DNA of 64,000 nt from contig JBBQIQ010000004.1 in the NCBI GenBank assembly GCA_038325075.1, positions 260 to 64,259 on the forward strand, given 5' to 3'. The translations under genes were made by a program, and so were the position numbers. This document shows, piece after piece, positions 17,687-28,767 of the stretch (the first letter of the stretch is position 1; the number at the start of each line of letters is the position of its first letter). The DNA comes from Bacteroidales bacterium. Lineage in GTDB: Bacteria; Bacteroidota; Bacteroidia; Bacteroidales; Lentimicrobiaceae. Under the pieces are notes generated by a model. That model did not search any database. It was not told the origin of the DNA and worked only from the letters and a program-made list of their open reading frames with translations.

Positions 17687-18693
17687 TATTTTGATTCATA
17701 AACCGCGGTAAGCACCGTGTGGCCAACAGCGTGAAGCGTCTCTTTGCTGATATTGCTCATGTCGTCGTGAACGGTATGCCAGTATTTAAAAAATCCTTTT
17801 TCCCTGTCCTGATCATAGTCGATGATATCGATGGTAGGGATTCTGAGGATTTGATTTACATAAACGTGATCATCGGTTATGGCCCCGGATTTCTTTGTCA
17901 GGAAATATTCCTCATAACCGAGTCGATGGGCGATGTCCCAAACCCTGCGCATAATATCGGGTGCATAGTACATCGAAGTGCCTTCCATGGTAAAGGTAGC
18001 GCCTTTGGCCCCTACCATATCTAGTAAAATACCATAACGGGCCGAATAGCCGGGTACGTGTGGATTTCTCGACCAGTACTGGGAACCCAATGCCCATGAA
18101 TCTTCGTTTGTGCCCTGCATTTCCTGTGGTTCACCATAATCTTCGGAATCGAAAAGAACAATGTCAACCCCAAGACCCGGGTTGTGCTGGCTCATCTGAC
18201 GGGCAATCTCCAGCAAAACCCCTACACCACTCCCTCCATCGTTGGCAGCAGGCACCGGTTTCTTTCGGTTGGCGGGATCCGGGTCGTGGTCGGCCCATGG
18301 TCTCGAATCCCAGTGGGCACATAACAAAACCCTGGATTGGATTTCGGGATTGAATACAGCGATGATGTTTCTTGAATCGAGCATTGTACCGTCAAAAGCC
18401 CTCAGGTTAGCCCTTTGAACTATAACATTTGGCGTAAATCGTTTAAATGAAGTTTCGAGCCAGGCGGCACATGCTTTGTGCGCGGCTGTGTTAGGCACCC
18501 TTGGCCCAAAAGCCACCTGACGCTCAATGTAAGCATAAGCCGAATCGGCGTTAAACGCCGGAACAAACACATTTTTAGTTTCAACTACTTTGTTGTCTTT
18601 TTCTGTGCCATTCTTACTTTTATTCCAACAACCATAAACTGAAAAAAGCAGGAAAAATGTTATCAGAATGGGGGTATGTTTAAAATTCATCAT
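17686..18693 (-). CDS. M28 family peptidase / glutaminyl cyclase-like lipoprotein
   Basis: Lipobox VYGC; AHWDSR, ANDGGSG, FDSED, LLDMVG, TDDH, WHT. Confidence 0.88.
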   Translation of the reverse strand: MMNFKHTPILITFFLLFSVYGCWNKSKNGTEKDNKVVETKNVFVPAFNADSAYAYIERQVAFGPRVPNTAAHKACAAWLETSFKRFTPNVIVQRANLRAFDGTMLDSRNIIAVFNPEIQSRVLLCAHWDSRPWADHDPDPANRKKPVPAANDGGSGVGVLLEIARQMSQHNPGLGVDIVLFDSEDYGEPQEMQGTNEDSWALGSQYWSRNPHVPGYSARYGILLDMVGAKGATFTMEGTSMYYAPDIMRRVWDIAHRLGYEEYFLTKKSGAITDDHVYVNQILRIPTIDIIDYDQDREKGFFKYWHTVHDDMSNISKETLHAVGHTVLTAVYESK

Positions 18694-18704
18694 CGGGTGG
18701 GTGG

Positions 18705-19307
18705 CTAAAGGTTAAAAATATCAGTGGGCATTCCAAAGGTGCCGGTAAAGACCATATCATTTGATTTCCGGCGTTCGCGGGGGGCGATTTCCATTTCTTT
18801 CAGGTTTTCATGCAGAATCTCAGGATCGCCGATGTAACCGATGGCAATGGCCGTTGCCGCCTTATGATCATCCGGTATTTCAAATAGCTCAGCCGCCTGT
18901 GACGAACTAAAGCCTCCCATCTGGTGCACGAATAAACCTTCAGCAGTTGCCTGTATGGTAAGGTGAGCAACCGCTTGTCCCAGATCATAGAGTGCTGCTC
19001 TGTTTGGCTCTTCCCGGTTGTTGGTGGTTTTGGCAATAGCCAGGAGCAACACAGGCGCTGTTGTGGCCCACAACTGATTGAATTCAACCATGGTGCTGAT
19101 AATTTTCTCATAAGTGTCATCCCCCTTCATGCCGATAATAAATCGCCAGGGTTGTAGATTCGAAGAAGAAGGTGACCATCGTGCGGCTTCAAAAATCCGC
19201 TGCAGTTTTTCTTTTTCAACCGATTGATTTTTGAATGCCCTGGGCGACCAGCGTTCGCGAAGCAAATCTATGATAGGGTATTCGTTTGAAGCAGTTTTAA
19301 TATACAT
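18705..19307 (-). CDS. Nitroreductase family protein
   Basis: RWSPRAF, AARWSPSSSNLQPWRF, HQMGGF. Confidence 0.92.
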   Translation of the reverse strand: MYIKTASNEYPIIDLLRERWSPRAFKNQSVEKEKLQRIFEAARWSPSSSNLQPWRFIIGMKGDDTYEKIISTMVEFNQLWATTAPVLLLAIAKTTNNREEPNRAALYDLGQAVAHLTIQATAEGLFVHQMGGFSSSQAAELFEIPDDHKAATAIAIGYIGDPEILHENLKEMEIAPRERRKSNDMVFTGTFGMPTDIFNL

Positions 19308-19362
19308 TGTTGAATTTTTAGGATTAGCAAAATAGTGAAATGGGAATTAAGGAGCAAATTGT

Positions 19363-20718
19363 TTAAAACACCAGTGTGAAGACTGCACCTTCGCCGGGCC
19401 GGGATTTTACTGTAATGGTTCCTTTGTGCAAATGCATGATTTGCCTGGAAAGGCTGAGCCCGATTCCTGATCCTTCTTTTTTTGAAGTGAAAAACGGCAT
19501 AAAAATCTTATCCAGGATATCAGGTTTAATGCCCGAACCATTGTCGGCAAAATCAATACTCATCCTTCCATTGGTGTTGAAAGAAGCTGTAACTGAAATT
19601 ATTGGCTGCAATGTGTCTTTGACGGCGTCGATGGCATTCAGCAGCAGGTTGATCACAACCTGGTCAATAAGGTCAGGGTCGGCAGTTATCATCAAATCTT
19701 CAGGAAATACCCGGGCATTGCATTGAATCCCGAATTTTTCCATCTTTGGCCTTAGCAGCGAATGTGCCCGGTCGAAGAGTTCCTTTACCGGGAAGTATCT
19801 GAAATTGGGCCTTGGGATTCTGGTCAGGTTGCGGTAGGTCTCAACGAAGGTAAGTAACCCCTGGCTCCGGCTGCTGATGGTCGAAAGTGCCTGTTGAACG
19901 CTTTCAAGATCGTCTTCATCAAGTTCACGCAAACTGAGATTGCTTTCCGTTTCTTCGAGAAGCATTTCCTGGACCGTAGAGGCAAGGGATGATATCGGTG
20001 TAATGGAATTCATAATTTCGTGGGTTAACACCCGAATTAGATTCTGCCACGATTCAATCTCTTTTTCTTCCAACTCAGAACTGATATTTTGCAGCGAAAC
20101 CAGCAGAAATTCCTCGCCGCGCATCCTGAATTCGGTTGCATAAACCGATAATTGCTGCAATTCATCTTCTACAACAAGTTTGATCAGTTGCTTGTCACCG
20201 GCCTTCATATTCAATAGCAGGCCCGGAAGTTCAGGTTTAACCGATTCAAGGTCCTGAATCTCTTTCAGGTTGCTTATCCTGAGCAGACGTTTTACAGCGT
20301 TATTGATAATATCAACTTTCCCATCCTTGCGGAATGCAATGATACCGATGCTAACATGCTGTACAACCGTTAACAGGTAATTATAATGCTCTTCCTTTTC
20401 TGACCTGTTTTTCCGGAATTCCCGGATTACCTCGTTAAATGCCCGGTTAAGACCCTCGAAGCTATGGCCAAGCCCTTTATCGCTGAAGGATGTACTGAAA
20501 TCGGAATGCCTGATACTTTCGAGGAATTGGGTTAGTTTCCTGTTTGTGCGCTCAACATAACGCATGAGTTCGCTAACCTGCACAACGGCAATTAACCCGA
20601 CAATCAGCGAGGTTATTTCGTGTTGCTGCCGGTTTATCAGAATTACAAGAAGTAACAGATTGGCTGTTATCATTGCAATCCTGAAGAATACCCAAAACCT
20701 GAATTTTTTAAAGCCCAT
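19363..20718 (-). CDS. Membrane sensor histidine kinase (NtrY-like)
   Basis: 2 TM helices; H-box LTHEIMNS; NLLLNA, DNGSG, GSGIGL. Confidence 0.92.
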   Translation of the reverse strand: MGFKKFRFWVFFRIAMITANLLLLVILINRQQHEITSLIVGLIAVVQVSELMRYVERTNRKLTQFLESIRHSDFSTSFSDKGLGHSFEGLNRAFNEVIREFRKNRSEKEEHYNYLLTVVQHVSIGIIAFRKDGKVDIINNAVKRLLRISNLKEIQDLESVKPELPGLLLNMKAGDKQLIKLVVEDELQQLSVYATEFRMRGEEFLLVSLQNISSELEEKEIESWQNLIRVLTHEIMNSITPISSLASTVQEMLLEETESNLSLRELDEDDLESVQQALSTISSRSQGLLTFVETYRNLTRIPRPNFRYFPVKELFDRAHSLLRPKMEKFGIQCNARVFPEDLMITADPDLIDQVVINLLLNAIDAVKDTLQPIISVTASFNTNGRMSIDFADNGSGIKPDILDKIFMPFFTSKKEGSGIGLSLSRQIMHLHKGTITVKSRPGEGAVFTLVF

Positions 20719-22087
20719 GTTTCTCTATTCTTCTGTAAAGCGAAGCACGGGTAAGGCCGAGTTCTTTGGCAGCCTTACTGATATTGCCTCCATGCTTGTC
20801 AATTACCTTCCTGATCAACAATTTTTCCCTTTCCTCCAGGTTGGTTATGTCATCGGACTCATCAAACTGATCGTTGTCGTCAACCTGCGACAGGAAAAAG
20901 TCCTGTGGCATCAGAATATTACTTTCACTCAGGATTACCGCTCTTTCCACGGCATGTTGAAGTTCCCTGATATTTCCGGGCCAGGCGTGTTTTTCAAGCC
21001 TTCGGAAAGTTGTCGGATTGATCCGCTTAAGTGGCATTTTATACTTTTTGCAATAAATGGCCAGAAAATGTTCGATCAGGGGCGGAATATCGTCGAAACG
21101 CTCGCGCAGCGGGGGCAGGTGAATTTCAACAGTGTTGATCCTGTATAGCAAGTCCTGCCTGAATTTACCTTCATTCACCATCTGGTAAAGCGGCATGTTG
21201 GTAGCGCAGATCAAACGTATATCTATCGGTATCTCACGGTTTGTTCCCAATCTCACGACTTTCCGATTCTGAACCACACTTAACAGTTTCGACTGAAGGT
21301 TAAAAGTCAGATTCCCGATTTCGTCAAGAAAAATAGTGCCTTTATTTGCTGCCTCAAAACGTCCTGCACGGTCTTCCTTTGCATCGGTAAAAGCACCTTT
21401 TTTAAATCCGAATAGCTCGCTCTCAAAAAGGGTTTCGCTTATTGCCCCAAGGTCAACACTGATGAATACTTCGTCTTTGCGGGCCGAGGCTCTGTGAATG
21501 GCGCGGGCAATCAACTCTTTCCCGGTGCCGTTTTCGCCAAGAATCAGCACATTTGCCTCGGTTTTTGCCACCTTTTCAACCGTAGCCATTACCTTTTTCA
21601 TGGGGATCGATTGTCCGATCAGATTCCCGTAAGCCTGATCCTGATTGGCAATCAATACCTTCTGTTTGCTTCGCAAGTCCTCAATTTCTTCTTTTGAGTG
21701 ACGAACTTTCAGGTTAGCAGTAATGGTTCCAAGCAGCTTTTTGTTGTCCCAGGGTTTCAGGATAAAATTGGTTGCGCCCTCTTTGATTCCCTGAACTGCC
21801 AGTTCAATATCGCCATAACCGGTTATGAATATTACCACTGCCAGCGGATCTATTTCAATGATCTTATTTAACCAGTGAAATCCCTCTTTCCCGCTGGTTG
21901 CATCCCTCGAAAAGTTCATGTCGAGCAAAATCAGGTCATAACTGTCATTCTTAAGCAGTGCAGCTATGTTTTCCGGGTTTTTTTCAGTGTGCACAACGCT
22001 GAAATGCTGCTTTAAAAACAGTTTTGCGGCTAATAAAACATCCTGGTCATCGTCAACGATCAGGATTCTGGCTTCAATTTTATTCAT
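20708..22087 (-). CDS. Sigma54-dependent response regulator (NtrC family)
   Basis: Receiver domain; GENGTGKE, ELFGFKKGAFTDA, WPGNIRELQH; Fis-type HTH. Confidence 0.95.
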   Translation of the reverse strand: MNKIEARILIVDDDQDVLLAAKLFLKQHFSVVHTEKNPENIAALLKNDSYDLILLDMNFSRDATSGKEGFHWLNKIIEIDPLAVVIFITGYGDIELAVQGIKEGATNFILKPWDNKKLLGTITANLKVRHSKEEIEDLRSKQKVLIANQDQAYGNLIGQSIPMKKVMATVEKVAKTEANVLILGENGTGKELIARAIHRASARKDEVFISVDLGAISETLFESELFGFKKGAFTDAKEDRAGRFEAANKGTIFLDEIGNLTFNLQSKLLSVVQNRKVVRLGTNREIPIDIRLICATNMPLYQMVNEGKFRQDLLYRINTVEIHLPPLRERFDDIPPLIEHFLAIYCKKYKMPLKRINPTTFRRLEKHAWPGNIRELQHAVERAVILSESNILMPQDFFLSQVDDNDQFDESDDITNLEEREKLLIRKVIDKHGGNISKAAKELGLTRASLYRRIEKHGL

Positions 22088-22155
22088 TGAGATAGATTTG
22101 AGGTTAGCGTTTAGCCCTGGCTATTTGCTATATTTGAACAGCTAATATACAAACA

Positions 22156-22173
22156 TTGTTCGGAAACGAACAA
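22156..22173. promoter_or_regulatory. Putative enhancer (UAS) palindrome for the NtrC-like regulator
   Basis: Perfect inverted repeat TTGTTCG-GAAA-CGAACAA, ~85 bp upstream of a sigma54 site. Confidence 0.6.
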
Positions 22174-22258
22174 GTATAAGAACGGCTACGAACAGCGCTA
22201 AAATGTTAATAAATTGTAAATATTTATAAATGCCTGTAAAACATGCTATTAGCGATAA

Positions 22259-22274
22259 TGGCACAGTATTCGCT
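22259..22274 (+). promoter_or_regulatory. Sigma54 -24/-12 promoter
   Basis: TGGCACAGTATTCGCT (GG-N10-GC). Confidence 0.7.
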
Positions 22275-22302
22275 AAAGAGGAGACACAATAATGGCTATT
22301 TC

Positions 22303-23556
22303 ATGGACAGGATAATTGAAAAGAAAAAATGGACTACCGGCAAATTGCTGGCAATGGCAGGAGGTGCTCTGGTACTGATGTTACTGGCCTGGATGCTTTT
22401 TTTCAGGGACAACCGCAGCAGTTTGTATGTTGATAAAAGCCAGGTGACAATCGCCGCGGTACAAAAGGGAAAATTTCAGGAATTTATACCTGTGGATGGA
22501 GTGGTTTTCCCCCGTAACACCATTTACATTGATGCTGTGCAGGGTGGAATTGTAGAGGAAGTATTTGTAGAAGATGGTGCTATCCTTAAACAGGGTGATC
22601 CGATTCTCAAACTGGCCAATGCAAACATGGAACTTAGTTACATGGATCAGGAAACCAGGATGTACGATGCCATTAACAACTTATCTAATACACTTATCAG
22701 TTTTGAGCAACTGCGATATACCAGGCAAAAAGAGATCATACAATTGCATTATGAAATCGATAAAGTAAAAACCGATTTTACTCGTAAGGAACAGTTTTAT
22801 AAAGATGAGTTGATTTCACAAAAAGAATTTGAAGATGCAAAGCGCGATTTTAATTATTCACTGAAGCAACTCGAAATAACCCTCCGGCTCAGAAAACTCG
22901 ATTCAATATCAGGGGTGGCGCAGGGATCCCAGATCAATTCATCGATGGATCGTATGCGCAACAATCTATCCCTGCTGAAGCGCAATATGGATAATATGAC
23001 CATTAAATCGCCTGCGGAAGGCAAACTTTCATCGTTTATAGTTGAAATTGGTCAGACAAAATCAGCCGGAGAGCACCTGGGACAGATTGATCTTATGGAT
23101 GGATTCAAACTCAGGGCCAATATCGACGAGCGCTATATTTCGAGGGTTTATACCGGCCAGAAATCTGAATTTGACCTCGGTGGCAAGATATATAGTCTGC
23201 AAATCAGCAAAATATATACGGATGTTACCAATGGTTCATTTCAGGTTGATCTTGTTTTCGATGGCAATGAGCCTGCCAATATCAAACGTGGACAAACGGT
23301 ACAACTCAGGGTTCAGTTCTCCGGTGCAAACGATGCGTTAATCGTTCGCAGAGGAGGCTTTTTTCAGGAAACCGGAGGTAACTGGATTTATGTAGTTGAC
23401 CCTTCAGGTACCTATGCCACCAAACGCAATATTAAGATTGGCCGCCAGAATACCAGCAATTATGAAGTGCTCGATGGCCTTCAGCCCGGCGAGCAGGTGC
23501 TTATTTCCTCCTACGATTCGTTTGGAGGAAAAGAAAAATTGATTTTCAGAAACTAA
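22303..23556 (+). CDS. Efflux periplasmic adaptor (MFP/HlyD-like)
   Basis: Single N-terminal TM, coiled coil, lipoyl/beta-barrel; start MDRIIEKK lies downstream of the sigma54 site. Confidence 0.88.
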   Translation: MDRIIEKKKWTTGKLLAMAGGALVLMLLAWMLFFRDNRSSLYVDKSQVTIAAVQKGKFQEFIPVDGVVFPRNTIYIDAVQGGIVEEVFVEDGAILKQGDPILKLANANMELSYMDQETRMYDAINNLSNTLISFEQLRYTRQKEIIQLHYEIDKVKTDFTRKEQFYKDELISQKEFEDAKRDFNYSLKQLEITLRLRKLDSISGVAQGSQINSSMDRMRNNLSLLKRNMDNMTIKSPAEGKLSSFIVEIGQTKSAGEHLGQIDLMDGFKLRANIDERYISRVYTGQKSEFDLGGKIYSLQISKIYTDVTNGSFQVDLVFDGNEPANIKRGQTVQLRVQFSGANDALIVRRGGFFQETGGNWIYVVDPSGTYATKRNIKIGRQNTSNYEVLDGLQPGEQVLISSYDSFGGKEKLIFRN

Positions 23557-23586
23557 AACAGGATTTACCCTTTAAAAGCGATTGTG

Positions 23587-24288
23587 ATGATAAAAACAGT
23601 TAACCTGACGAAGATTTTCAGAACCGATGAAGTTGAAACCACGGCACTCAACAAGGTTTCATTCGAAATACAAAAGGGCGAATTTGTAGCCATTATGGGG
23701 CCTTCGGGCTGCGGTAAATCCACTTTGCTGAACATTCTCGGCCTGCTTGACAACCCGTCTGAAGGTGAATACTATTTTCTGAATAATGAGGTTTCACACT
23801 TTTCGGAGAAGCAAAGGGCCAATACCCGAAAACAGAACATTGGCTTTGTGTTTCAGAACTTCAATCTGATCGATGAATTGAATGTTTACGAAAACGTTGA
23901 ATTACCACTAATATACCTGGGCATGAGCACTGCTGAACGGAAAAAGCGAGTTGAATCAGCCCTTGAGCAAATGCAGATTACCCATCGCCGCAAACATTTT
24001 CCTCTGCAATTATCGGGTGGTCAACAGCAAAGAGTAGCTGTTGCCAGGGCAGTTGTTGCAACGCCTCACCTGATTCTTGCCGACGAACCTACCGGTAACC
24101 TTGACTCGGCTCACGGAGAAGAGGTTATGAACCTGCTGGCTTCGCTTAATCAGGGTGGCACAACCATTATTATGGTAACACACTCCCAGCGCGATGCTGA
24201 ATATGCCCAGCGGATTATCCGCCTTTTCGACGGACAGATTATCAACGAGAACATCAAGTCAAGCCGTTCGGGAATGCCTGTTATTTAG
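23587..24288 (+). CDS. ABC transporter ATP-binding protein (MacB/LolD-like)
   Basis: GPSGCGKST, LSGGQQQR, LADEPTG. Confidence 0.95.
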   Translation: MIKTVNLTKIFRTDEVETTALNKVSFEIQKGEFVAIMGPSGCGKSTLLNILGLLDNPSEGEYYFLNNEVSHFSEKQRANTRKQNIGFVFQNFNLIDELNVYENVELPLIYLGMSTAERKKRVESALEQMQITHRRKHFPLQLSGGQQQRVAVARAVVATPHLILADEPTGNLDSAHGEEVMNLLASLNQGGTTIIMVTHSQRDAEYAQRIIRLFDGQIINENIKSSRSGMPVI

Positions 24289-24341
24289 TCGCTTAAATTA
24301 CAGACTTATTCAGGTTTTCGCATTGTTTTACCTTATTTGCT

Positions 24342-26753
24342 ATGATTTCTAATTATCTGACCACCGCCCTGCGTAACCTTTTGCGACAGAAGTCTTATAC
24401 CCTGATCAATCTGGCAGGACTATCTGTGGGCATTGCTTCATTTTTACTGATTGCCCTTTATGTTCAACATGAAACAGGATTCGATAAGCACCTGAGTAAG
24501 CGAGATAACCTATTCAGGGTTGTTGAAATCCAGAATGAACCCGGAGTGGGCGAACAGCATGTAGCCATCACCATGGGGCCCCTGGCCGGTAGTTTGAAAG
24601 CAGATTACCCTCAGGTGACAGATGCTGCCCGTTTTATGCCAGGGTTCGATATACAGGTGGTCAATTACGGCGACAAATACTTTATGGAGCGAAGCCTCTA
24701 CTATGTTGACCCATCGGTTATCAGCATGTTCGATGTCAGCCTTCTGCAGGGTGATCCCAAAACAGCACTTGCTGAACCGATGTCGGTGATTCTTTCTGAA
24801 AAGACCGCAATAAAGTATTTCGGTTCAACGAAAAGTGTTATTGGCAAATCAATGATGCTGGGTAAAAGAAGTTTTTCGGTTACCGGCATCATGAAAGAGC
24901 AACCAGTTGTAACCCACTTCTTTTTCGACATACTGGTTTCAATTTCATCGGTCGAAAACCTACCTGATTTTGAATGGATGAAAGGATGGGGTTCAAATTC
25001 ACTCATTACTTACGTTCAATTGGACGACCCTTCATCTGAGGCTTTCATCGAAAAAACATTTCCTGATTTTATTAAAAAGCATGTCTTTAGCCAGGATGAA
25101 GGCTGGGAATTTCTGGAGATGTACTTACAGCCTTTGAATGAGGTTTATCTTCAATCGCAACATATCAAATTTCAGAGTGTTTCCGCTTCAGGTGACATCA
25201 ACCTGGTCATTGCTTTCAGTGTTATCGCAATACTCATCCTTTTGGTTGCCTGTATTAACTATATTAACATATCCATTGCTCGTTCAGTCAAGAGATCAAG
25301 AGAGGTAGGCATCCGAAAAGTTCTTGGGGCCGACAGGCTCAGCCTGGTATATCAGTTTATCAGCGAATCATTCCTGTTAACATTACTGGCATCGGTTATC
25401 TCGGTCGGACTTGTCGAACTTGCACTTCCTGAAATGAATATGCTGCTGGCAACCGATTTTCACCTCGATTTTACCGGTAACTACATCTTCAATTTCGGAC
25501 TTTTGGCTTTGTTGATCCTGATCAGTCTGGCTTCCGGGTCTTATCCGGCATTTTATTTATCCAGGCTTCAGCCGGTAAATATTTTAAAAGGAGGTAAAAG
25601 TTTAAAAGGAAACAGCAGCAGTTATCTGAGCAAAGGCCTCGTGGTTTTTCAGTTTATCATCTCTGTTGGACTTATGTTTTCAGTATTGGTAATCAATGAT
25701 CAGGTAAAATATATGGAGAGAAAGGACCTGGGCATCAATTACCGGGATGCAGTCTTTCTGTACTTTGGAAATGAGGGGGATACGCAGCGTTTTGAACCGC
25801 TTAGGGCAGATATTCTGAAGAATTCCGGAATCAGAAGTGTAGCAGGTTGCTCCTTTATCAACGGTGTAAGCGGAAGCCAGGGGCCGGTATTCGTTGATGA
25901 TTCAGCCAAAACTAAACTTACTGTGCGTTTTGGATACGTTGACTATGACTTCTTTGATGCGATGGGGGTCACAATCAATACCGGTCGGAACTTTGACCGG
26001 GAAATGGCAGTTGACAAAGGAGGGACAGCAATTATTAATCAGGCGGCAGCCAGAAAACTGGGATGGGATAACCCGATAGGAAAGAAATTCAAACCTGTAA
26101 TGGGTGCTGATACCACTATCAAAACCGAAGTAATCGGGGTTGTAAACGACTACCACTACTATTCGATGCGAAGCCTGATTGAGCCAGCCGTTTATATTAT
26201 GTCACCCGACAGGTTTCGTGGACTCTTAATCGGATTTTATCCCAGAGCCGATCAACAAAAATTGCTGAAGTTTATTGAGGATAAATGGCGGGGCTATTTT
26301 CCGGGAACGCCTTTCCAGCCTGTTCTGGCCAGTGAATATGCAGCCAAAAACTATAAAAACGATCAGAAAATGTTTTCGTTGTTTGTATATTTTACCATTA
26401 TTTCAGGCTTGTTATCCATATTGGGCTTGTTAGGTCTTACTTCGCTGCTGATTGAACAAAAAACCAAAATTATCGGGATCAGGCGGGTATTGGGCGGCCC
26501 GGTCTGGAAAATAACTGCACATCTTATCCGGGATTATATGATCCTGGTATTTCTGGCGGGTGTAATATCACTTCCGGTTACTTATTACTTCCTCGATCAG
26601 CAATTAAACCAGTTCGCCTATCGGATTCACATCAGTGCGTTTCACATGATTTTCTCAGTGGTTTTTCTTTCTGCCATTGCCTTTCTCACCATTGTATTTA
26701 AAGCTTACCGTGCAGCAAATGCCAACCCGGTTGAAGCACTTAAATACGAGTAA
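24342..26753 (+). CDS. ABC transporter permease (duplicated MacB/FtsX-type)
   Basis: INLAGLSVG, REVGIRKVLGA, ANPVEALKYE. Confidence 0.92.
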   Translation: MISNYLTTALRNLLRQKSYTLINLAGLSVGIASFLLIALYVQHETGFDKHLSKRDNLFRVVEIQNEPGVGEQHVAITMGPLAGSLKADYPQVTDAARFMPGFDIQVVNYGDKYFMERSLYYVDPSVISMFDVSLLQGDPKTALAEPMSVILSEKTAIKYFGSTKSVIGKSMMLGKRSFSVTGIMKEQPVVTHFFFDILVSISSVENLPDFEWMKGWGSNSLITYVQLDDPSSEAFIEKTFPDFIKKHVFSQDEGWEFLEMYLQPLNEVYLQSQHIKFQSVSASGDINLVIAFSVIAILILLVACINYINISIARSVKRSREVGIRKVLGADRLSLVYQFISESFLLTLLASVISVGLVELALPEMNMLLATDFHLDFTGNYIFNFGLLALLILISLASGSYPAFYLSRLQPVNILKGGKSLKGNSSSYLSKGLVVFQFIISVGLMFSVLVINDQVKYMERKDLGINYRDAVFLYFGNEGDTQRFEPLRADILKNSGIRSVAGCSFINGVSGSQGPVFVDDSAKTKLTVRFGYVDYDFFDAMGVTINTGRNFDREMAVDKGGTAIINQAAARKLGWDNPIGKKFKPVMGADTTIKTEVIGVVNDYHYYSMRSLIEPAVYIMSPDRFRGLLIGFYPRADQQKLLKFIEDKWRGYFPGTPFQPVLASEYAAKNYKNDQKMFSLFVYFTIISGLLSILGLLGLTSLLIEQKTKIIGIRRVLGGPVWKITAHLIRDYMILVFLAGVISLPVTYYFLDQQLNQFAYRIHISAFHMIFSVVFLSAIAFLTIVFKAYRAANANPVEALKYE

Positions 26754-27263
26754 ATTCTGGCCGGAATCAAATCATTTGTGTATTCCAGGTTAATCGGATG
26801 TTGTTGTTAATTTCCCATTGGTCAGTTCCGGGGAACACGATTATTGAAAAGTTTTGGCAGATTGCCCATACCCTGATAGATAGTGTCCGTAGAAGTTCTG
26901 CATTATTAAATATTGAAAATTAGCAGGTTATAGTTTTCTAATTCAATCTACCGGCTATCAGTTTATCAAAGGGTTATTGTAAATGGAAAGTATCCGGATT
27001 TAATATTATTTCTCAATCCAACTTACACGGATTGCATAATACATATCAATTATTTATTGAAGTAAAGCCTAAGAATTATATAAAATATTGAATACCATAT
27101 AGATAATAAATTGTCTGATTTATATCTTAACTATTTTGGAATGTTTAGATTGTATCGAATTCCGGATTCCGGATTAGTTGGAAAAAATATGACAAATTGA
27201 TTTAACTGAGTTACTATATCACTTACCTTTGTAAATCTTTAACTTAAATGATTAATCTGTCAA

Positions 27264-28655
27264 ATGAAAAACAAGTACATTGATCTGATCGAACAGACCT
27301 TCGATTTTCCCCAGGATGAATTCAGGGTTGAAGATAATGAACTTTATTTTCATAATATCCCATTAATGGATATTATCAAACAATACGGTACACCATTAAA
27401 AATCAGCTACCTCCCCAAAATCAGCCAGCAGATTCTGAGGGCCAAGAAGATGTTTAATGTGGCCATGGCCAAGGCTGATTACCGGGGCGATTATCATTAT
27501 TGTTATTGCACCAAAAGTTCTCATTTCTCTTTTGTGCTGGAAGAAGTTCTGAAAAATGAGGTGAATCTTGAGACTTCCTCTGCTTTTGATATTTTTATCC
27601 TTGAATCGCTGCGCGAGCAGGGATTGATTAACCTGGATAACTACATTATATGCAATGGTTTTAAAAGGCCGCAATACATCGAGAACATCAGCAACCTGAT
27701 AAACGAGGGGTTCGAAAACACAATTCCCATTATTGACAATAAGTTTGAGATCGACCAACTCGACAAGAACATTACACGAAAATGCAAAATCGGGATCCGC
27801 ATTGCTTCGGAAGAGGAACCTAAGTTTGAGTTTTACACCTCAAGGCTTGGTATCCGTTACAACGATATCATTCCTTACTATGAAGAGAAGATAAAGAACA
27901 ATCCGAAGTTTCAATTGAAGATGCTTCACTTTTTTATCAATACCGGCATCAAGGACTCGGCCTATTACTGGAACGAACTTTCTAAATGTGTGAACCTTTA
28001 CTGCCAGTTGAAGCAGATCTGCCCTGAACTGGATTCTCTCAATATAGGCGGCGGTTTCCCAATCAAAAACTCATTATCATTCGATTATGATTATGAGTAT
28101 ATGGCCGAAGAGATTATTGCCCAGATAAAATTGATTTGCGACCGCAACAACACCCCCGAGCCTGATATTTTTACTGAATTTGGCTCTTACACTGTTGCTG
28201 AAAGCGGGGCTACCCTCTATTCCATCATCGACCAGAAACAACAGAACGACCGGGAATTGTGGGACATGATCGATTCATCATTCATGACCACTCTTCCTGA
28301 CACCTGGGCGCTGAACCAACGCTTTATCCTCCTGGGAATAAACAAATGGGATTCGGAATACGAAAGGGTCTTCTTAGGGGGGTTAACCTGCGACAGTGAA
28401 GATTATTACAACGCCGAGGCCCATTCGAATGCTATCTTTCTTCCCAAAATGGATAACGACGAACCGCTCTACATCGGACTGTTTCATACAGGAGCTTACC
28501 AGGAGTCGATTGGTGGGTATGGTGGCATTCAGCATTGCCTGATTCCGGCCCCCAAGCACATCATCATCGATGTGGATGAAGAAGGGGAATATACCACCAA
28601 ACTTTTTGCAAAAGAGCAATCCCATAAATCAATGCTGAGGATACTTGGCTATTGA
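27264..28655 (+). CDS. speA: Arginine decarboxylase (fold-III PLP enzyme, short Bacteroidota type)
   Basis: YCTKSS PLP lysine, NIGGGFP, FTEFGSY, GLTCDSEDYY; TACCTTTG promoter at 27224-27231. Confidence 0.85.
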   Translation: MKNKYIDLIEQTFDFPQDEFRVEDNELYFHNIPLMDIIKQYGTPLKISYLPKISQQILRAKKMFNVAMAKADYRGDYHYCYCTKSSHFSFVLEEVLKNEVNLETSSAFDIFILESLREQGLINLDNYIICNGFKRPQYIENISNLINEGFENTIPIIDNKFEIDQLDKNITRKCKIGIRIASEEEPKFEFYTSRLGIRYNDIIPYYEEKIKNNPKFQLKMLHFFINTGIKDSAYYWNELSKCVNLYCQLKQICPELDSLNIGGGFPIKNSLSFDYDYEYMAEEIIAQIKLICDRNNTPEPDIFTEFGSYTVAESGATLYSIIDQKQQNDRELWDMIDSSFMTTLPDTWALNQRFILLGINKWDSEYERVFLGGLTCDSEDYYNAEAHSNAIFLPKMDNDEPLYIGLFHTGAYQESIGGYGGIQHCLIPAPKHIIIDVDEEGEYTTKLFAKEQSHKSMLRILGY

Positions 28656-28767
28656 TTTTTGCTTTTAATTTCACTATTTTAGCGGGCCTTTACAAAAATC
28701 CGGAGATTAAATAAGAGAAAGGGTTCTCTTGTGTCTGGGGATTGTTAACGATGTTAATTCTTTCATT